Source of the DNA: Nemertoderma westbladi
Taxonomy: Eukaryota > Animalia > Xenacoelomorpha
Direction of reading: 5' to 3'
DNA: 64,000 nt
Assembly (NCBI GenBank): GCA_032718475.1
Contig: JAUCBJ010003385.1
Span: 43,825 to 107,824, forward strand
Within the stretch, counting starts at the first letter, position 1. Every line of letters starts with the position of its first letter. Below are positions 15,001-30,000 of this stretch, one piece after another. A program made the translations under genes and the position numbers. The notes under the pieces are model-generated. The model was not told where the DNA came from. It searched no databases and saw only the letters and a list, made by a program, of their open reading frames with translations.

Positions 15001-18000
15001 TTCTAGAACAACTAACCTTCATGGCAACTGTAATTAGGTACCAACGTTCTAGAACAACTAACCTTCATGGCAACTGTAATTAGGTACCAACGTTCTAGAA
15101 CAACTAACCTTCATGGCAACTGTAATTAGGTACCAACGTTCAAGAACAACTAACCTTCATGGCAACTGTAATTAGGTACCAACGTTCTAGAACAACTAAC
15201 CTTCATGGCAACTGTAATTAGGTACCAACGTTCTAGAACAACTAACCTTCATGGCAACTGTAATTAGGTACCAACGTTCTAGAACAACTAACCTTCATGG
15301 CAACTGTAATTAGGTACCAACGTTCTAGAAGAACTAACCTTCATGGCAACTGTAATTAGGTACCAACGTTCTAGAACAACTAACCTTCATGGCAACTGTA
15401 ATTAGGTACCAACGTTCTAGAACAACTAACCTTCATGGCAACTGTAATTAGGTACCAACGTTCAAGAACAACTAACCTTCATGGCAACTGTAATTAGGTA
15501 CCAACGTTCTAGAACAACTAACCTTCATGGCAACTGTAATTAGGTACCAACGTTCTAGAACAACTAACCTTCATGGCAACTGTAATTAGGTACCAACGTT
15601 CTAGAACAACTAACCTTCATGGCAACTGTAATTAGGTACCAACGTTCTAGAACAACTAACCTTCATGGCAACTGTAATTAGGTACCAACGTTCAAGAACA
15701 ACTAACCTTCATGGCAACTGTAATTAGGTACCAACGTTCTAGAACAACTAACCTTCATGGCAACTGTAATTAGGTACCAACGTTCTAGAACAACTAACCT
15801 TCATGGCAACTGTAATTAGGTACCAACGTTCTAGAACAACTAACCTTCATGGCAACTGTAATTAGGTACCAACGTTCAAGAACAACTAACCTTCATGGCA
15901 ACTGTAATTAGGTACCAACGTTCTAGAACAACTAACCTTCATGGCAACTGTAATTAGGTACCAACGTTCTAGAACAACTAACCTTCATGGCAACTGTAAT
16001 TAGGTACCAACGTTCTAGAACAACTAACCTTCATGGCAACTGTAATTAGGTACCAACGTTCAAGAACAACTAACCTTCATGGCAACTGTAATTAGGTACC
16101 AACGTTCTAGAACAACTAACCTTCATGGCAACTGTAATTAGGTACCAACGTTCTAGAACAACTAACCTTCATGGCAACTGTAATTAGGTACCAACGTTCA
16201 AGAACAACTAACCTTCATGGCAACTGTAATTAGGTACCAACGTTCTAGAACAACTAACCTTCATGGCAACTGTAATTAGGTACCAACGTTCTAGAACAAC
16301 TAACCTTCATGGCAACTGTAATTAGGTACCAACGTTCTAGAACAACTAACCTTCATGGCAACTGTAATTAGGTACCAACGTTCTAGAACAACTAACCTTC
16401 ATGGCAACTGTAATTAGGTACCAACGTTCAAGAACAACTAACCTTCATGGCAACTGTAATTAGGTACCAACGTTCTAGAACAACTAACCTTCATGGCAAC
16501 TGTAATTAGGTACCAACGTTCTAGAACAACTAACCTTCATGGCAACTGTAATTAGGTACCAACGTTCAAGAACAACTAACCTTCATGGCAACTGTAATTA
16601 GGTACCAACGTTCTAGAACAACTAACCTTCATGGCAACTGTAATTAGGTACCAACGTTCTAGAACAACTAACCTTCATGGCAACTGTAATTAGGTACCAA
16701 CGTTCAAGAACAACTAACCTTCATGGCAACTGTAATTAGGTACCAACGTTCTAGAACAACTAACCTTCATGGCAACTGTAATTAGGTACCAACGTTCTAG
16801 AACAACTAACCTTCATGGCAACTGTAATTAGGTACCAACGTTCAAGAACAACTAACCTTCATGGCAACTGTAATTAGGTACCAACGTTCTAGAACAACTA
16901 ACCTTCATGGCAACTGTAATTAGGTACCAACGTTCTAGAACAACTAACCTTCATGGCAACTGTAATTAGGTACCAACGTTCTAGAAGAACTAACCTTCAT
17001 GGCAACTGTAATTAGGTACCAACGTTCTAGAAGAACTAACCTTCATGGCAACTGTAATTAGGTACCAACGTTCTAGAACAACTAACCTTCATGGCAACTG
17101 TAATTAGGTACCAACGTTCTAGAACAACTAACCGTCATGGCAACTGTAATTAGGTACCAACGTTCTACAACAACTAACCTTCATGGCAACTGTAATTAGG
17201 TACCAACGTTCTAGAAGAACTAACCTTCATGGCAACTGTAATTAGGTACCAACGTTCTACAACAACTAACCTTCATGGCAACTGTAATTAGGTACCAACG
17301 TTCTATAACAACTAACCTTCATGGCAACTGTAATTAGGTACCAACGTTCTAGAAGAACTAACCTTCATGGCAACTGTAATTAGGTACCAACGTTCAAGAA
17401 CAACTAACCTTCATGGCAACTGTAATTAGGTACCAACGTTCTAGAACAACTAACCTTCATGGCAACTGTAATTAGGTACCAACGTTCAAGAACAACTAAC
17501 CTTCATGTCAAATGTAATTAGGTACCAACGTTCTAGAACAACTAACCTTCATGTCAAATGTAATTAGGTACCAACGTTCAAGAACAACTAACCTTCATGT
17601 CAAATGTAATTAGGTACCAACGTTCTAGAACAACTAACCTTCATGGCAACTGTAATTAGGTACCAACGTTCTACAACAACTAACCTTCATGGCAACTGTA
17701 ATTAGGTACCAACGTTCTATAACAACTAACCTTCATGGCAACTGTAATTAGGTACCAACGTTCTAGAAGAACTAACCTTCATGGCAACTGTAATTAGGTA
17801 CCAACGTTCAAGAACAACTAACCTTCATGGCAACTGTAATTAGGTACCAACGTTCTAGAACAACTAACCTTCATGGCAACTGTAATTAGGTACCAACGTT
17901 CAAGAACAACTAACCTTCATGTCAAATGTAATTAGGTACCAACGTTCTAGAACAACTAACCTTCATGTCAAATGTAATTAGGTACCAACGTTCAAGAACA

Positions 18001-21000
18001 ACTAACCTTCATGTCAAATGTAATTAGGTACCAACGTTCTAGAACAACTAACCTTCATGGCAACTGTAATTAGGTACCAACGTTCTAGAACAACTAACCT
18101 TCATGGCAACTGTAATTAGGTACTAACGTTCAAGAACAACTAACCTTCATGGCAACTGTAATTAGGTACCAACGTTCTAGAACAACTAACCTTCATGGCA
18201 ACTGTAATTAGGTGCCAACGTTCTAGAACAACTAACCTTCATGGCAACTGTAATTAGGTACCAACGTTCTAGAACAACTAACCTTCATGGCAACTGTAAT
18301 TAGGTACCAACGTTCTAGAACAACTAACCTTCATGGCAACTGTAATTAGGTACCAACGTTCTAGAACAACTAACCTTCATGGCAACTGTAATTAGGTACC
18401 AACGTTCTAGAACAACTAACCTTCATGGCAACTGTAATTAGGTACCAACGTTCTAGAACAACTAACCTTCATGGCAACTGTAATTAGGTACCAACGTTCT
18501 ATAACAACTAACCTTCATGTCAAATGTAATTAGGTACCAACGTTCAAGAACAACTAACCTTCATGGCAACTGTAATTAGGTACCAACGTTCTAGAACAAC
18601 TAACCTTCATGGCAACTGTAATTAGGTGCCAACGTTCTAGAACAACTAACCTTCATGGCAACTGTAATTAGGTACCAACGTTCTAGAACAACTAACCTTC
18701 ATGGCAACTGTAATTAGGTACCAACGTTCAAGAACAACTAACCTTCATGTCAAATGTAATTAGGTACCAACGTTCAAGAACAACTAACCTTCATGTCAAA
18801 TGTAATTAGGTACCAACGTTCTAGAACAACTAACCTTCATGTCAAATGTAATTAGGTACCAACGTTCAAGAACAACTAACCTTCATGTCAAATGTAATTA
18901 GGTACCAACGTTCTAGAACAACTAACCTTCATGGCAACTGTAATTAGGTACCAACGTTCAAGAACAACTAACCTTCATGGCAACTGTAATTAGGTACCAA
19001 CGTTCTAGAACAACTAACCTTCATGGCAACTGTAATTAGGTGCCAACGTTCTAGAACAACTAACCTTCATGGCAACTGTAATTAGGTACCAACGTTCTAG
19101 AACAACTAACCTTCATGGCAACTGTAATTAGGTACCAACGTTCTATAACAACTAACCTTCATGGCAACTGTAATTAGGTACCAACGTTCTAGAACAACTA
19201 ACCTTCATGGCAACTGTAATTAGGTACCAACGTTCTAGAACAACTAACCTTCATGGCAACTGTAATTAGGTGCCAACGTTCTAGAACAACTAACCTTCAT
19301 GGCAACTGTAATTAGGTACCAACGTTCTAGAACAACTAACCTTCATGGCAACTGTAATTAGGTACCAACGTTCAAGAACAACTAACCTTCATGTCAAATG
19401 TAATTAGGTACCAACGTTCAAGAACAACTAACCTTCATGGCAACTGTAATTAGGTACCAACGTTCTAGAACAACTAACCTTCATGGCAACTGTAATTAGG
19501 TGCCAACGTTCTAGAACAACTAACCTTCATGGCAACTGTAATTAGGTACCAACGTTCTAGAACAACTAACCTTCATGGCAACTGTAATTAGGTACCAACG
19601 TTCTAGAACAACTAACCTTCATGGCAACTGTAATTAGGTACCAACGTTCTATAACAACTAACCTTCATGGCAACTGTAATTAGGTACCAACGTTCTAGAA
19701 CAACTAACCTTCATGGCAACTGTAATTAGGTACCAACGTTCTAGAACAACTAACCTTCATGTCAAATGTAATTAGGTACCAACGTTCTAGAACAACTAAC
19801 CTTCATGGCAACTGTAATTAGGTACCAACGTTCTAGAAGAACTAACCTTCATGGCAACTGTAATTAGGTACCAACGTTCTAGAACAACTAACCTTCATGG
19901 CAACTGTAATTAGGTACCAACGTTCTAGAACAACTAACCTTCATGGCAACTGTAATTAGGTACCAACGTTCTATAACAACTAACCTTCATGGCAACTGTA
20001 ATTAGGTACCAACGTTCTAGAACAACTAACCTTCATGGCAACTGTAATTAGGTACCAACGTTCTAGAACAACTAACCTTCATGTCAAATGTAATTAGGTA
20101 CCAACGTTCTAGAACAACTAACCTTCATGGCAACTGTAATTAGGTACCAACGTTCTATAACAACTAACCTTCATGGCAACTGTAATTAGGTACCAACGTT
20201 CTAGAACAACTAACCTTCATGGCAACTGTAATTAGGTGCCAACGTTCTAGAACAACTAACCTTCATGGCAACTGTAATTAGGTACCAACGTTCTAGAACA
20301 ACTAACCTTCATGGCAACTGTAATTAGGTACCAACGTTCTAGAACAACTAACCTTCATGGCAACTGTAATTAGGTACCAACGTTCTATAACAACTAACCT
20401 TCATGGCAACTGTAATTAGGTACCAACGTTCTAGAACAACTAACCTTCATGGCAACTGTAATTAGGTACCAACGTTCTAGAACAACTAACCTTCATGTCA
20501 AATGTAATTAGGTACCAACGTTCTAGAACAACTAACCTTCATGGCAACTGTAATTAGGTACCAACGTTCTAGAACAACTAACCTTCATGGCAACTGTAAT
20601 TAGGTACCAACGTTCTAGAACAACTAACCTTCATGGCAACTGTAATTAGGTACCAACGTTCTAGAAGAACTAACCTTCATGGCAACTGTAATTAGGTACC
20701 AACGTTCTAGAAGAACTAACCTTCATGGCAACTGTAATTAGGTACCAACGTTCTAGAACAACTAACCTTCATGGCAACTGTAATTAGGTACCAACGTTCT
20801 AGAAGAACTAACCTTCATGGCAACTGTAATTAGGTACCAACGTTCTAGAAGAACTAACCTTCATGGCAACTGTAATTAGGTACCAACGTTCTAGAAGAAC
20901 TAACCTTCATGGCAACTGTAATTAGGTACCAACGTTCTAGAAGAACTAACCTTCATGGCAACTGTAATTAGGTACCAACGTTCTAGAACAACTAACCTTC

Positions 21001-24000
21001 ATGGCAACTGTAATTAGGTACCAACGTTCTAGAACAACTAACCTTCATGGCAACTGTAATTAGGTACCAACGTTCTATAACAACTAACCTTCATGGCAAC
21101 TGTAATTAGGTACCAACGTTCTAGAACAACTAACCTTCATGGCAACTGTAATTAGGTACCAACGTTCTAGAACAACTAACCTTCATGTCAAATGTAATTA
21201 GGTACCAACGTTCTAGAACAACTAACCTTCATGGCAACTGTAATTAGGTACCAACGTTCTAGAAGAACTAACCTTCATGGCAACTGTAATTAGGTACCAA
21301 CGTTCAAGAACAACTAACCTTCATGGCAACTGTAATTAGGTACCAACGTTCTAGAACAACTAACCTTCATGGCAACTGTAATTAGGTACCAACGTTCTAG
21401 AAGAACTAACCTTCATGGCAACTGTAAATAGGTACCAACGTTCTAGAACAACTAACCTTCATGGCAACTGTAATTAGGTACCAACGTTCAAGAACAAATA
21501 ACCGTCATGGCAACTGTAATTAGGTACCAACGTTCTAGAACAACTAACCTTCATGGCAACTGTAATTAGGTACCAACGTTCTACAACAACTAACCTTCAT
21601 GGCAACTGTAATTAGGTACCAACGTTCTAGAAGAACTAACCTTCATGGCAACTGTAATTAGGTACCAACGTTCTAGAACAACTAACCTTCATGGCAACTG
21701 TAATTAGGTACCAACGTTCTAGAACAACTAACCTTCATGGCAACTGTAATTAGGTACCAACGTTCAAGAACAACTAACCTTCATGGCAACTGTAATTAGG
21801 TACCAACGTTCTAGAACAACTAACCTTCATGGCAACTGTAATTAGGTACCAACGTTCTAGAACAACTAACCTTCATGGCAACTGTAATTAGGTACCAACG
21901 TTCTAGAAGAACTAACCTTCATGGCAACTGTAAATAGGTACCAACGTTCTAGAACAACTAACCTTCATGGCAACTGTAATTAGGTACCAACGTTCAAGAA
22001 CAAATAACCGTCATGGCAACTGTAATTAGGTACCAACGTTCTAGAACAACTAACCTTCATGGCAACTGTAATTAGGTACCAACGTTCTACAACAACTAAC
22101 CTTCATGGCAACTGTAATTAGGTACCAACGTTCTAGAAGAACTAACCTTCATGGCAACTGTAATTAGGTACCAACGTTCTAGAACAACTAACCTTCATGG
22201 CAACTGTAATTAGGTACCAACGTTCTAGAACAACTAACCTTCATGGCAACTGTAATTAGGTACCAACGTTCTAGAACAACTAACCTTCATGGCAACTGTA
22301 ATTAGGTACCAACGTTCTAGAACAACTAACCTTCATGGCAACTGTAATTAGGTACCAACGTTCTAGAACAACTAACCTTCATGGCAACTGTAATTAGGTA
22401 CCAACGTTCTAGAACAACTAACCTTCATGGCAACTGTAATTAGGTACCAACGTTCAAGAACAACTAACCTTCATGGTAACTGTAATTAGGTACCAACGTT
22501 CTAGAACAACTAACCTTCATGGCAACTGTAATTAAGGTCACGAACGTTCTAGAACAACTAACCTTCATGGCAACTGTAATTAGGTACCAACGTTCTATAA
22601 CAACTAACCTTCATGGCAACTGTAATTAGGTACCAACGTTCAAGAACAACTAACCTTCATGTCAAATGTAATTAGGTACCAACGTTCTATAACAACTAAC
22701 CTTCATGGCAACTGTAATTAGGTACCAACGTTCTAGAACAACTAACCTTCATGGCAACTGTAATTAGGTACCAACGTTCTAGAACAACTAACCTTCATGT
22801 CAAATGTAATTAGGTACCAACGTTCTATAACAACTAACCTTCATGGCAACTGTAATTAGGTACCAACGTTCTAGAACAACTAACCTTCATGTCAAATGTA
22901 ATTAGGTACCAACGTTCTAGAAGAACTAACCTTCATGGCAACTGTAATTAGGTACCAACGTTCTAGAACAACTAACCTTCATGGCAACTGTAATTAGGTA
23001 CCAACGTTCTATAACAACTAACCTTCATGGCAACTGTAATTAGGTACCAACGTTCTAGAAGAACTAACCTTCATGGCAACTGTAATTAGGTACCAACGTT
23101 CAAGAACAACTAACCTTCATGGCAACTGTAATTAGGTACCAACGTTCTAGAAGAACTAACCTTCATGGCAACTGTAATTAGGTACCAACGTTCAAGAACA
23201 ACTAACCTTCATGGCAACTGTAATTAGGTACCAACGTTCTAGAACAACTAACCTTCATGGCAACTGTAATTAGGTACCAACGTTCTAGAACAACTAACCT
23301 TCATGTCAAATGTAATTAGGTACCAACGTTCTATAACAACTAACCTTCATGGCAACTGTAATTAGGTACCAACGTTCTAGAACAACTAACCTTCATGGCA
23401 ACTGTAATTAGGTACCAACGTTCTAGAAGAACTAACCTTCATGGCAACTGTAATTAGGTACCAACGTTCTAGAACAACTAACCTTCATGGCAACTGTAAT
23501 TAGGTGCCAACGTTCTAGAACAACTAACCTTCATGGCAACTGTAATTAGGTACCAACGTTCTAGAACAACTAACCTTCATGGCAACTGTAATTAGGTACC
23601 AACGTTCAAGAACAACTAACCTTCATGGTAACTGTAATTAGGTACCAACGTTCTAGAACAACTAACCTTCATGGCAACTGTAATTAAGGTCACGAACGTT
23701 CTAGAACAACTAACCTTCATGGCAACTGTAATTAGGTACCAACGTTCTATAACAACTAACCTTCATGGCAACTGTAATTAGGTACCAACGTTCAAGAACA
23801 ACTAACCTTCATGTCAAATGTAATTAGGTACCAACGTTCTATAACAACTAACCTTCATGGCAACTGTAATTAGGTACCAACGTTCTAGAACAACTAACCT
23901 TCATGGCAACTGTAATTAGGTACCAACGTTCTAGAACAACTAACCTTCATGTCAAATGTAATTAGGTACCAACGTTCTATAACAACTAACCTTCATGGCA

Positions 24001-27000
24001 ACTGTAATTAGGTACCAACGTTCTAGAACAACTAACCTTCATGTCAAATGTAATTAGGTACCAACGTTCTAGAAGAACTAACCTTCATGGCAACTGTAAT
24101 TAGGTACCAACGTTCTAGAACAACTAACCTTCATGGCAACTGTAATTAGGTACCAACGTTCTATAACAACTAACCTTCATGGCAACTGTAATTAGGTACC
24201 AACGTTCTAGAAGAACTAACCTTCATGGCAACTGTAATTAGGTACCAACGTTCAAGAACAACTAACCTTCATGGCAACTGTAATTAGGTACCAACGTTCT
24301 AGAAGAACTAACCTTCATGGCAACTGTAATTAGGTACCAACGTTCAAGAACAACTAACCTTCATGGCAACTGTAATTAGGTACCAACGTTCTAGAACAAC
24401 TAACCTTCATGGCAACTGTAATTAGGTACCAACGTTCTAGAACAACTAACCTTCATGTCAAATGTAATTAGGTACCAACGTTCTATAACAACTAACCTTC
24501 ATGGCAACTGTAATTAGGTACCAACGTTCTAGAACAACTAACCTTCATGGCAACTGTAATTAGGTACCAACGTTCTAGAAGAACTAACCTTCATGGCAAC
24601 TGTAATTAGGTACCAACGTTCTAGAACAACTAACCTTCATGGCAACTGTAATTAGGTACCAACGTTCTATAACAACTAACCTTCATGGCAACTGTAATTA
24701 GGTACCAACGTTCTAGAAGAACTAACCTTCATGGCAACTGTAATTAGGTACCAACGTTCAAGAACAACTAACCTTCATGGCAACTGTAATTAGGTACCAA
24801 CGTTCTAGAACAACTAACCTTCATGGCAACTGTAATTAGGTACCAACGTTCTAGAACAACTAACCTTCATGGCAACTGTAATTAGGTACCAACGTTCTAG
24901 AACAACTAACCTTCATGGCAACTGTAATTAGGTACCAACGTTCTAGAAGAACTAACCTTCATGGCAACTGTAATTAGGTACCAACGTTCTAGAACAACTA
25001 ACCTTCATGGCAACTGTAATTAGGTACCAACGTTCTACAACAACTAACCTTCATGGCAACTGTAATTAGGTACAAACGTTCTAGAACAACTAACCTTCAT
25101 GGCAACTGTAATTAGGTACCAACGTTCTAGAACAACTAACCTTCATGGCAACTGTAATTAGGTACCAACGTTCTAGAACAACTAACCTTCATGGCAACTG
25201 TAATTAGGTACCAACGTTCAAGAACAACTAACCTTCATGTCAAATGTAATTAGGTACCAACGTTCTAGAACAACTAACCTTCATGGCAACTGTAATTAGG
25301 TACCAACGTTCTACAACAACTAACCTTCATGGCAACTGTAATTAGGTACAAACGTTCTAGAACAACTAACCTTCATGGCAACTGTAATTAGGTACCAACG
25401 TTCTAGAACAACTAACCTTCATGGCAACTGTAATTAGGTACCAACGTTCAAGAACAACTAACCTTCATGGCAACTGTAATTAGGTACCAACGTTCTAGAA
25501 CAACTAACCTTCATGTCAAATGTAATTAGGTACCAACGTTCAAGAACAACTAACCTTCATGGCAACTGTAATTAGGTACCAACGTTCTAGAACAACTAAC
25601 CTTCATGGCAACTGTAATTAGGTGCCAACGTTCTAGAACAACTAACCTTCATGGCAACTGTAATTAGGTACCAACGTTCTAGAACAACTAACCTTCATGT
25701 CAAATGTAATTAGGTACCAACGTTCAAGAACAACTAACCTTCATGGCAACTGTAATTAGGTACCAACGTTCTAGAACAACTAACCTTCATGTCAAATGTA
25801 ATTAGGTACCAACGTTCAAGAACAACTAACCTTCATGGCAACTGTAATTAGGTACCAACGTTCTAGAACAACTAACCTTCATGGCAACTGTAATTAGGTA
25901 CCAACGTTCTAGAACAACTAACCTTCATGGCAACTGTAATTAGGTGCCAACGTTCTAGAACAACTAACCTTCATGGCAACTGTAATTAGGTACCAACGTT
26001 CTAGAACAACTAACCTTCATGGCAACTGTAATTAGGTACCAACGTTCAAGAACAACTAACCTTCATGGTAACTGTAATTAGGTACCAACGTTCTAGAACA
26101 ACTAACCTTCATGGCAACTGTAATTAAGGTCACGAACGTTCTAGAACAACTAACCTTCATGGCAACTGTAATTAGGTACCAACGTTCTATAACAACTAAC
26201 CTTCATGGCAACTGTAATTAGGTACCAACGTTCAAGAACAACTAACCTTCATGTCAAATGTAATTAGGTACCAACGTTCTATAACAACTAACCTTCATGG
26301 CAACTGTAATTAGGTACCAACGTTCTAGAACAACTAACCTTCATGGCAACTGTAATTAGGTACCAACGTTCTAGAACAACTAACCTTCATGTCAAATGTA
26401 ATTAGGTACCAACGTTCTATAACAACTAACCTTCATGGCAACTGTAATTAGGTACCAACGTTCTAGAACAACTAACCTTCATGTCAAATGTAATTAGGTA
26501 CCAACGTTCTAGAAGAACTAACCTTCATGGCAACTGTAATTAGGTACCAACGTTCTAGAACAACTAACCTTCATGGCAACTGTAATTAGGTACCAACGTT
26601 CTATAACAACTAACCTTCATGGCAACTGTAATTAGGTACCAACGTTCTAGAAGAACTAACCTTCATGGCAACTGTAATTAGGTACCAACGTTCAAGAACA
26701 ACTAACCTTCATGGCAACTGTAATTAGGTACCAACGTTCTAGAAGAACTAACCTTCATGGCAACTGTAATTAGGTACCAACGTTCAAGAACAACTAACCT
26801 TCATGGCAACTGTAATTAGGTACCAACGTTCTAGAACAACTAACCTTCATGGCAACTGTAATTAGGTACCAACGTTCTAGAACAACTAACCTTCATGTCA
26901 AATGTAATTAGGTACCAACGTTCTATAACAACTAACCTTCATGGCAACTGTAATTAGGTACCAACGTTCTAGAACAACTAACCTTCATGGCAACTGTAAT

Positions 27001-30000
27001 TAGGTACCAACGTTCTAGAAGAACTAACCTTCATGGCAACTGTAATTAGGTACCAACGTTCTAGAACAACTAACCTTCATGGCAACTGTAATTAGGTACC
27101 AACGTTCTATAACAACTAACCTTCATGGCAACTGTAATTAGGTACCAACGTTCTAGAAGAACTAACCTTCATGGCAACTGTAATTAGGTACCAACGTTCA
27201 AGAACAACTAACCTTCATGGCAACTGTAATTAGGTACCAACGTTCTAGAACAACTAACCTTCATGGCAACTGTAATTAGGTACCAACGTTCTAGAACAAC
27301 TAACCTTCATGGCAACTGTAATTAGGTACCAACGTTCTAGAACAACTAACCTTCATGGCAACTGTAATTAGGTACCAACGTTCTAGAAGAACTAACCTTC
27401 ATGGCAACTGTAATTAGGTACCAACGTTCTAGAACAACTAACCTTCATGGCAACTGTAATTAGGTACCAACGTTCTACAACAACTAACCTTCATGGCAAC
27501 TGTAATTAGGTACAAACGTTCTAGAACAACTAACCTTCATGGCAACTGTAATTAGGTACCAACGTTCTAGAACAACTAACCTTCATGGCAACTGTAATTA
27601 GGTACCAACGTTCTAGAACAACTAACCTTCATGGCAACTGTAATTAGGTACCAACGTTCAAGAACAACTAACCTTCATGTCAAATGTAATTAGGTACCAA
27701 CGTTCTAGAACAACTAACCTTCATGGCAACTGTAATTAGGTACCAACGTTCTACAACAACTAACCTTCATGGCAACTGTAATTAGGTACAAACGTTCTAG
27801 AACAACTAACCTTCATGGCAACTGTAATTAGGTACCAACGTTCTAGAACAACTAACCTTCATGGCAACTGTAATTAGGTACCAACGTTCAAGAACAACTA
27901 ACCTTCATGGCAACTGTAATTAGGTACCAACGTTCTAGAACAACTAACCTTCATGTCAAATGTAATTAGGTACCAACGTTCAAGAACAACTAACCTTCAT
28001 GGCAACTGTAATTAGGTACCAACGTTCTAGAACAACTAACCTTCATGGCAACTGTAATTAGGTGCCAACGTTCTAGAACAACTAACCTTCATGGCAACTG
28101 TAATTAGGTACCAACGTTCTAGAACAACTAACCTTCATGTCAAATGTAATTAGGTACCAACGTTCAAGAACAACTAACCTTCATGGCAACTGTAATTAGG
28201 TACCAACGTTCTAGAACAACTAACCTTCATGTCAAATGTAATTAGGTACCAACGTTCAAGAACAACTAACCTTCATGGCAACTGTAATTAGGTACCAACG
28301 TTCTAGAACAACTAACCTTCATGGCAACTGTAATTAGGTACCAACGTTCTAGAACAACTAACTTTCATGGCAACTGTAATTAGGTACCAACGTTCTAGAA
28401 CAACTAACCTTCATGGCAACTGTAATTAGGTACCAACGTTCTAGAACAACTAACCTTCATGGCAACTGTAATTAGGTACCAACGTTCTAGAAGAACTAAC
28501 CTTCATGTCAAATGTAATTAGGTACCAACGTTCTAGAACAACTAACCTTCATGGCAACTGTAATTAGGTACCAACGTTCTAGAACAACTAACCTTCATGG
28601 CAACTGTAATTAGGTACCAACGTTCTAGAAGAACTAACCTTCATGTCAAATGTAATTAGGTACCAACGTTCTAGAACAACTAACCTTCATGGCAACTGTA
28701 ATTAGGTACCAACGTTCTAGAACAACTAACCTTCATGGCAACTGTAATTAGGTACCAACGTTCTAGAACAACTAACCTTCATGGCAACTGTAATTAGGTG
28801 CCAACGTTCTAGAACAACTAACCTTCATGGCAACTGTAATTAGGTACCAACGTTCTAGAACAACTAACCTTCATGTCAAATGTAATTAGGTACCAACGTT
28901 CAAGAACAACTAACCTTCATGGCAACTGTAATTAGGTACCAACGTTCTAGAACAACTAACCTTCATGTCAAATGTAATTAGGTACCAACGTTCTAGAAGA
29001 ACTAACCTTCATGGCAACTGTAATTAGGTACCAACGTTCTAGAACAACTAACTTTCATGGCAACTGTAATTAGGTACCAACGTTCTAGAACAACTAACCT
29101 TCATGGCAACTGTAATTAGGTACCAACGTTCTAGAACAACTAACCTTCATGGCAACTGTAATTAGGTACCAACGTTCTAGAAGAACTAACCTTCATGTCA
29201 AATGTAATTAGGTACCAACGTTCTAGAACAACTAACCTTCATGGCAACTGTAATTAGGTACCAACGTTCTAGAACAACTAACCTTCATGGCAACTGTAAT
29301 TAGGTACCAACGTTCTAGAACAACTAACCTTCATGGCAACTGTAATTAGGTACCAACGTTCTAGAACAACTAGCCTTCATGGCAACTGTAATTAGGTACC
29401 AACGTTCTAGAAGAACTAACCTTCATGGCAACTGTAATTAGGTACCAACGTTCTAGAAGAACTAACCTTCATGGCAACTGTAATTAGGTACCAACGTTCT
29501 AGAACAACTAACCTTCATGGCAACTGTAATTAGGTACCAACGTTCTAGAAGAACTAACCTTCATGGCAACTGTAATTAGGTACCAACGTTCAAGAACAAC
29601 TAACCTTCATGGCAACTGTAATTAGGTACCAACGTTCTAGAACAACTAACCTTCATGGCAACTGTAATTAGGTACCAACGTTCAAGAACAACTAACCTTC
29701 ATGGCAACTGTAATTAGGTACCAACGTTCTAGAACAACTAACCTTCATGGCAACTGTAATTAGGTACCAACGTTCTAGAACAACTAACCTTCATGGCAAC
29801 TGTAATTAGGTACCAACGTTCAAGAACAACTAACCTTCATGGCAACTGTAATTAGGTACCAACGTTCTAGAACAACTAACCTTCATGGCAACTGTAATTA
29901 GGTACCAACGTTCTAGAACAACTAACTTTCATGGCAACTGTAATTAGGTACCAACGTTCTAGAACAACTAACTTTCATGGCAACTGTAATTAGGTACCAA